A stretch of 64,000 bases of DNA from an uncultured Planctomycetaceae bacterium (GTDB lineage Bacteria; Planctomycetota; Planctomycetia; Isosphaerales; Isosphaeraceae): positions 2,208,001 through 2,272,000 of the forward strand of contig CAWIAD010000001.1 in the NCBI GenBank assembly GCA_963833985.1. Reading direction: 5' to 3'. Of this stretch, positions 62,368 through 64,000 are shown piece by piece. Made by a program: the position numbers and the translations under genes. The notes under the pieces are model-generated. The model had not been told where the DNA came from. It did no database searches and saw only the letters and a list, made by a program, of their open reading frames with translations. Within the stretch, counting starts at the first letter, position 1, and every line of letters begins with the position of its first letter.

Positions 62368-63303
62368 ATGAGGATCTTGATTGCCGAGGACAGTCTGACC
62401 CAGGCCGTTGACCTCCGCAGGAGACTTGAGGCCCTGGGCCATGAAGTGATTGTCGCCAACGACGGCCTCCAGGCCTGGAACCTGCTCCAGAAGAACCCCG
62501 AACGGCTGGTGATCCTGGACTGGATGATGCCGGAGATGAACGGGCTGGATCTGTGCCGCAAGATCCGGGCGGACCAGAAGTCGAATTACACTTACATCAT
62601 CGTGCTCACCGCCAAGACCCACCGGCACGAGCGGCTTCAGGGCCTGAGCGCAGGTGCCGACGATTTTCTCACCAAACCGATCGACGGCTGCGAGCTGGAC
62701 ATCGCCTTGCGCACAGCTCAGCGCATTATTGCCGCCCAGGAGGCCCTCGTCGCACGGACGCGACAGCTCGAGGCGGCCAATCTGGACCTGATGCGCAGGA
62801 CGGAGCACGACGAGCTCACCGGACTGCGGAACCAGCGCGGGCTACTCCCCGTGCTGGAGGAAGCGCTGTGCCATGCCAGCAACGACCGGCTTCCCGTATC
62901 GCTCATCCGGTTCGATCTGGATCACTCCGGACGGCTCACCGAGACGCTGGATCCACCGGCTCTGGACGAGCTACACCGGAAAGTGGCGAACTTGCTCCGC
63001 GCCGAATGCCGCGAATGCGACGTCCCGGCGCGAACCGGCGACCACGGCTTCGCTGTCATCCTGCCCGGCCTCACCGCTGAGTGGGCTGTCCAGATGGCGG
63101 AGAACCTGAAAGCCGTCTTTGCCGAGCTTCCCGGAGCCGATGGCGGCCTGACGGCCAGCTTCGGGCTGGCCACGGTCAACCCCGGCGGCACTAGCCGGCA
63201 ACTTCTGAGGGCCTGCGAGTCCGCCGTCCAGCAGGCCAGGAGCGGAGGCGGAGACCGCATGGTCTGCCTCGACGCCATCGCCGAGTCCACGGCCCTGGCC
63301 TGA
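62368..63303 (+). CDS. REC + degenerate GGDEF protein
   Basis: LDWMMP; DELTGLRNQR; I-site RECD; A-site reads GDHGF. Confidence 0.88.
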   Translation: MRILIAEDSLTQAVDLRRRLEALGHEVIVANDGLQAWNLLQKNPERLVILDWMMPEMNGLDLCRKIRADQKSNYTYIIVLTAKTHRHERLQGLSAGADDFLTKPIDGCELDIALRTAQRIIAAQEALVARTRQLEAANLDLMRRTEHDELTGLRNQRGLLPVLEEALCHASNDRLPVSLIRFDLDHSGRLTETLDPPALDELHRKVANLLRAECRECDVPARTGDHGFAVILPGLTAEWAVQMAENLKAVFAELPGADGGLTASFGLATVNPGGTSRQLLRACESAVQQARSGGGDRMVCLDAIAESTALA

Positions 63304-63326
63304 CCGCCCCGTCAAACTCAGGCTCA

Positions 63327-63902
63327 TCAGTCCAGGTCGATGATCTCGTCAGAATCGTCCAGGATGATCGGGATCATGGGCTCGAATCGATCCGGTGTGC
63401 CGGGCCGCATCGATCCCGCGCCCATGTCATGGTCTGACGGCGACACCGCGATCTCCAGCGGCGAGGGCGCCGGGAACTCGTCCGCCCCTGCCTGACGTGA
63501 GCCCGACGCGGCCGGAACCCGCGCTTCGGCGGCCAGGGACATTGCCCCAGCCGGCTGGGCCTGCGAGCGGGACCGAAGCTGCCGGGCCTGGTGCAGCTCC
63601 GATGGACCAGGTACCTCATCGGGGCCCAGGTAGACCCGCAACTTGTAATTGCCCATCGTGATTCGATCGTCAGGCAAGAGCGCGGCCCAGCGGACCTTCT
63701 GCCCCTTGACCTTGGTTCCGTTGGTGCTGATCAGGTCGCGGACCACCAGCAAGCCGTCGGTCTTCACCAGCACGCAGTGCCGTTTCGACAGGCTGGAGTG
63801 GTCGATCACCACGTCGCAGTAGCCCCGCCTGCCAACGACCACCATGTCGCGCGTGATCGGAATTGGCGGATCCCCATTTTCAGGAACAAGCTCAGCCTTC
63901 AT
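63327..63902 (-). CDS. FHA domain protein
   Basis: VVGRR, SLSKRHC, DLISTNGTKV. Confidence 0.9.
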   Translation of the reverse strand: MKAELVPENGDPPIPITRDMVVVGRRGYCDVVIDHSSLSKRHCVLVKTDGLLVVRDLISTNGTKVKGQKVRWAALLPDDRITMGNYKLRVYLGPDEVPGPSELHQARQLRSRSQAQPAGAMSLAAEARVPAASGSRQAGADEFPAPSPLEIAVSPSDHDMGAGSMRPGTPDRFEPMIPIILDDSDEIIDLD

Positions 63903-64000
63903 CAATCACCCGTGAGCCGTCGTGGTGCCGCGGTCATCTCGCAATCGCTCCCTCCTTAAATCTACACCACACTTCGGTTGATCTCAAGCCTTTCATGGCT

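Overview
GC-rich bacterial chromosomal window, very probably from a planctomycete (Isosphaeraceae-like). The basis is two DUF1559 pilin-like genes, two DUF4058 genes, DUF1571/DUF1573-like genes, an LEPR-XLL-type export motif and a Gly-Met-tailed STN-like protein. It holds about 47 CDS. Core genes include carA, thiC, nrnA, a leuB-like dehydrogenase, a Rieske/cytochrome bc pair, fliW-csrA and HMG-CoA reductase. There are two ABC systems, several signalling proteins, and a higBA toxin-antitoxin module bracketed by a ~90-bp direct repeat. Seven genes carry single indels, all at GCGC, which looks like a systematic sequencing artefact. Best leads: (1) a cassette with a secreted 10-cysteine mini-protein plus LolA-like, Ig-like and type IV pilin-like genes (39968-44374); (2) an A9 slippery run that would fuse two genes (33795-33803); (3) a circularly permuted L-type lectin inserted in a secreted beta-propeller; (4) a flagellin-less fliW-csrA-degenerate GGDEF locus; (5) several pseudo-enzymes. 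No rRNA, tRNA, CRISPR array, integrase or transposase was recognised. All family calls come from motif recognition by eye; no database search was run.
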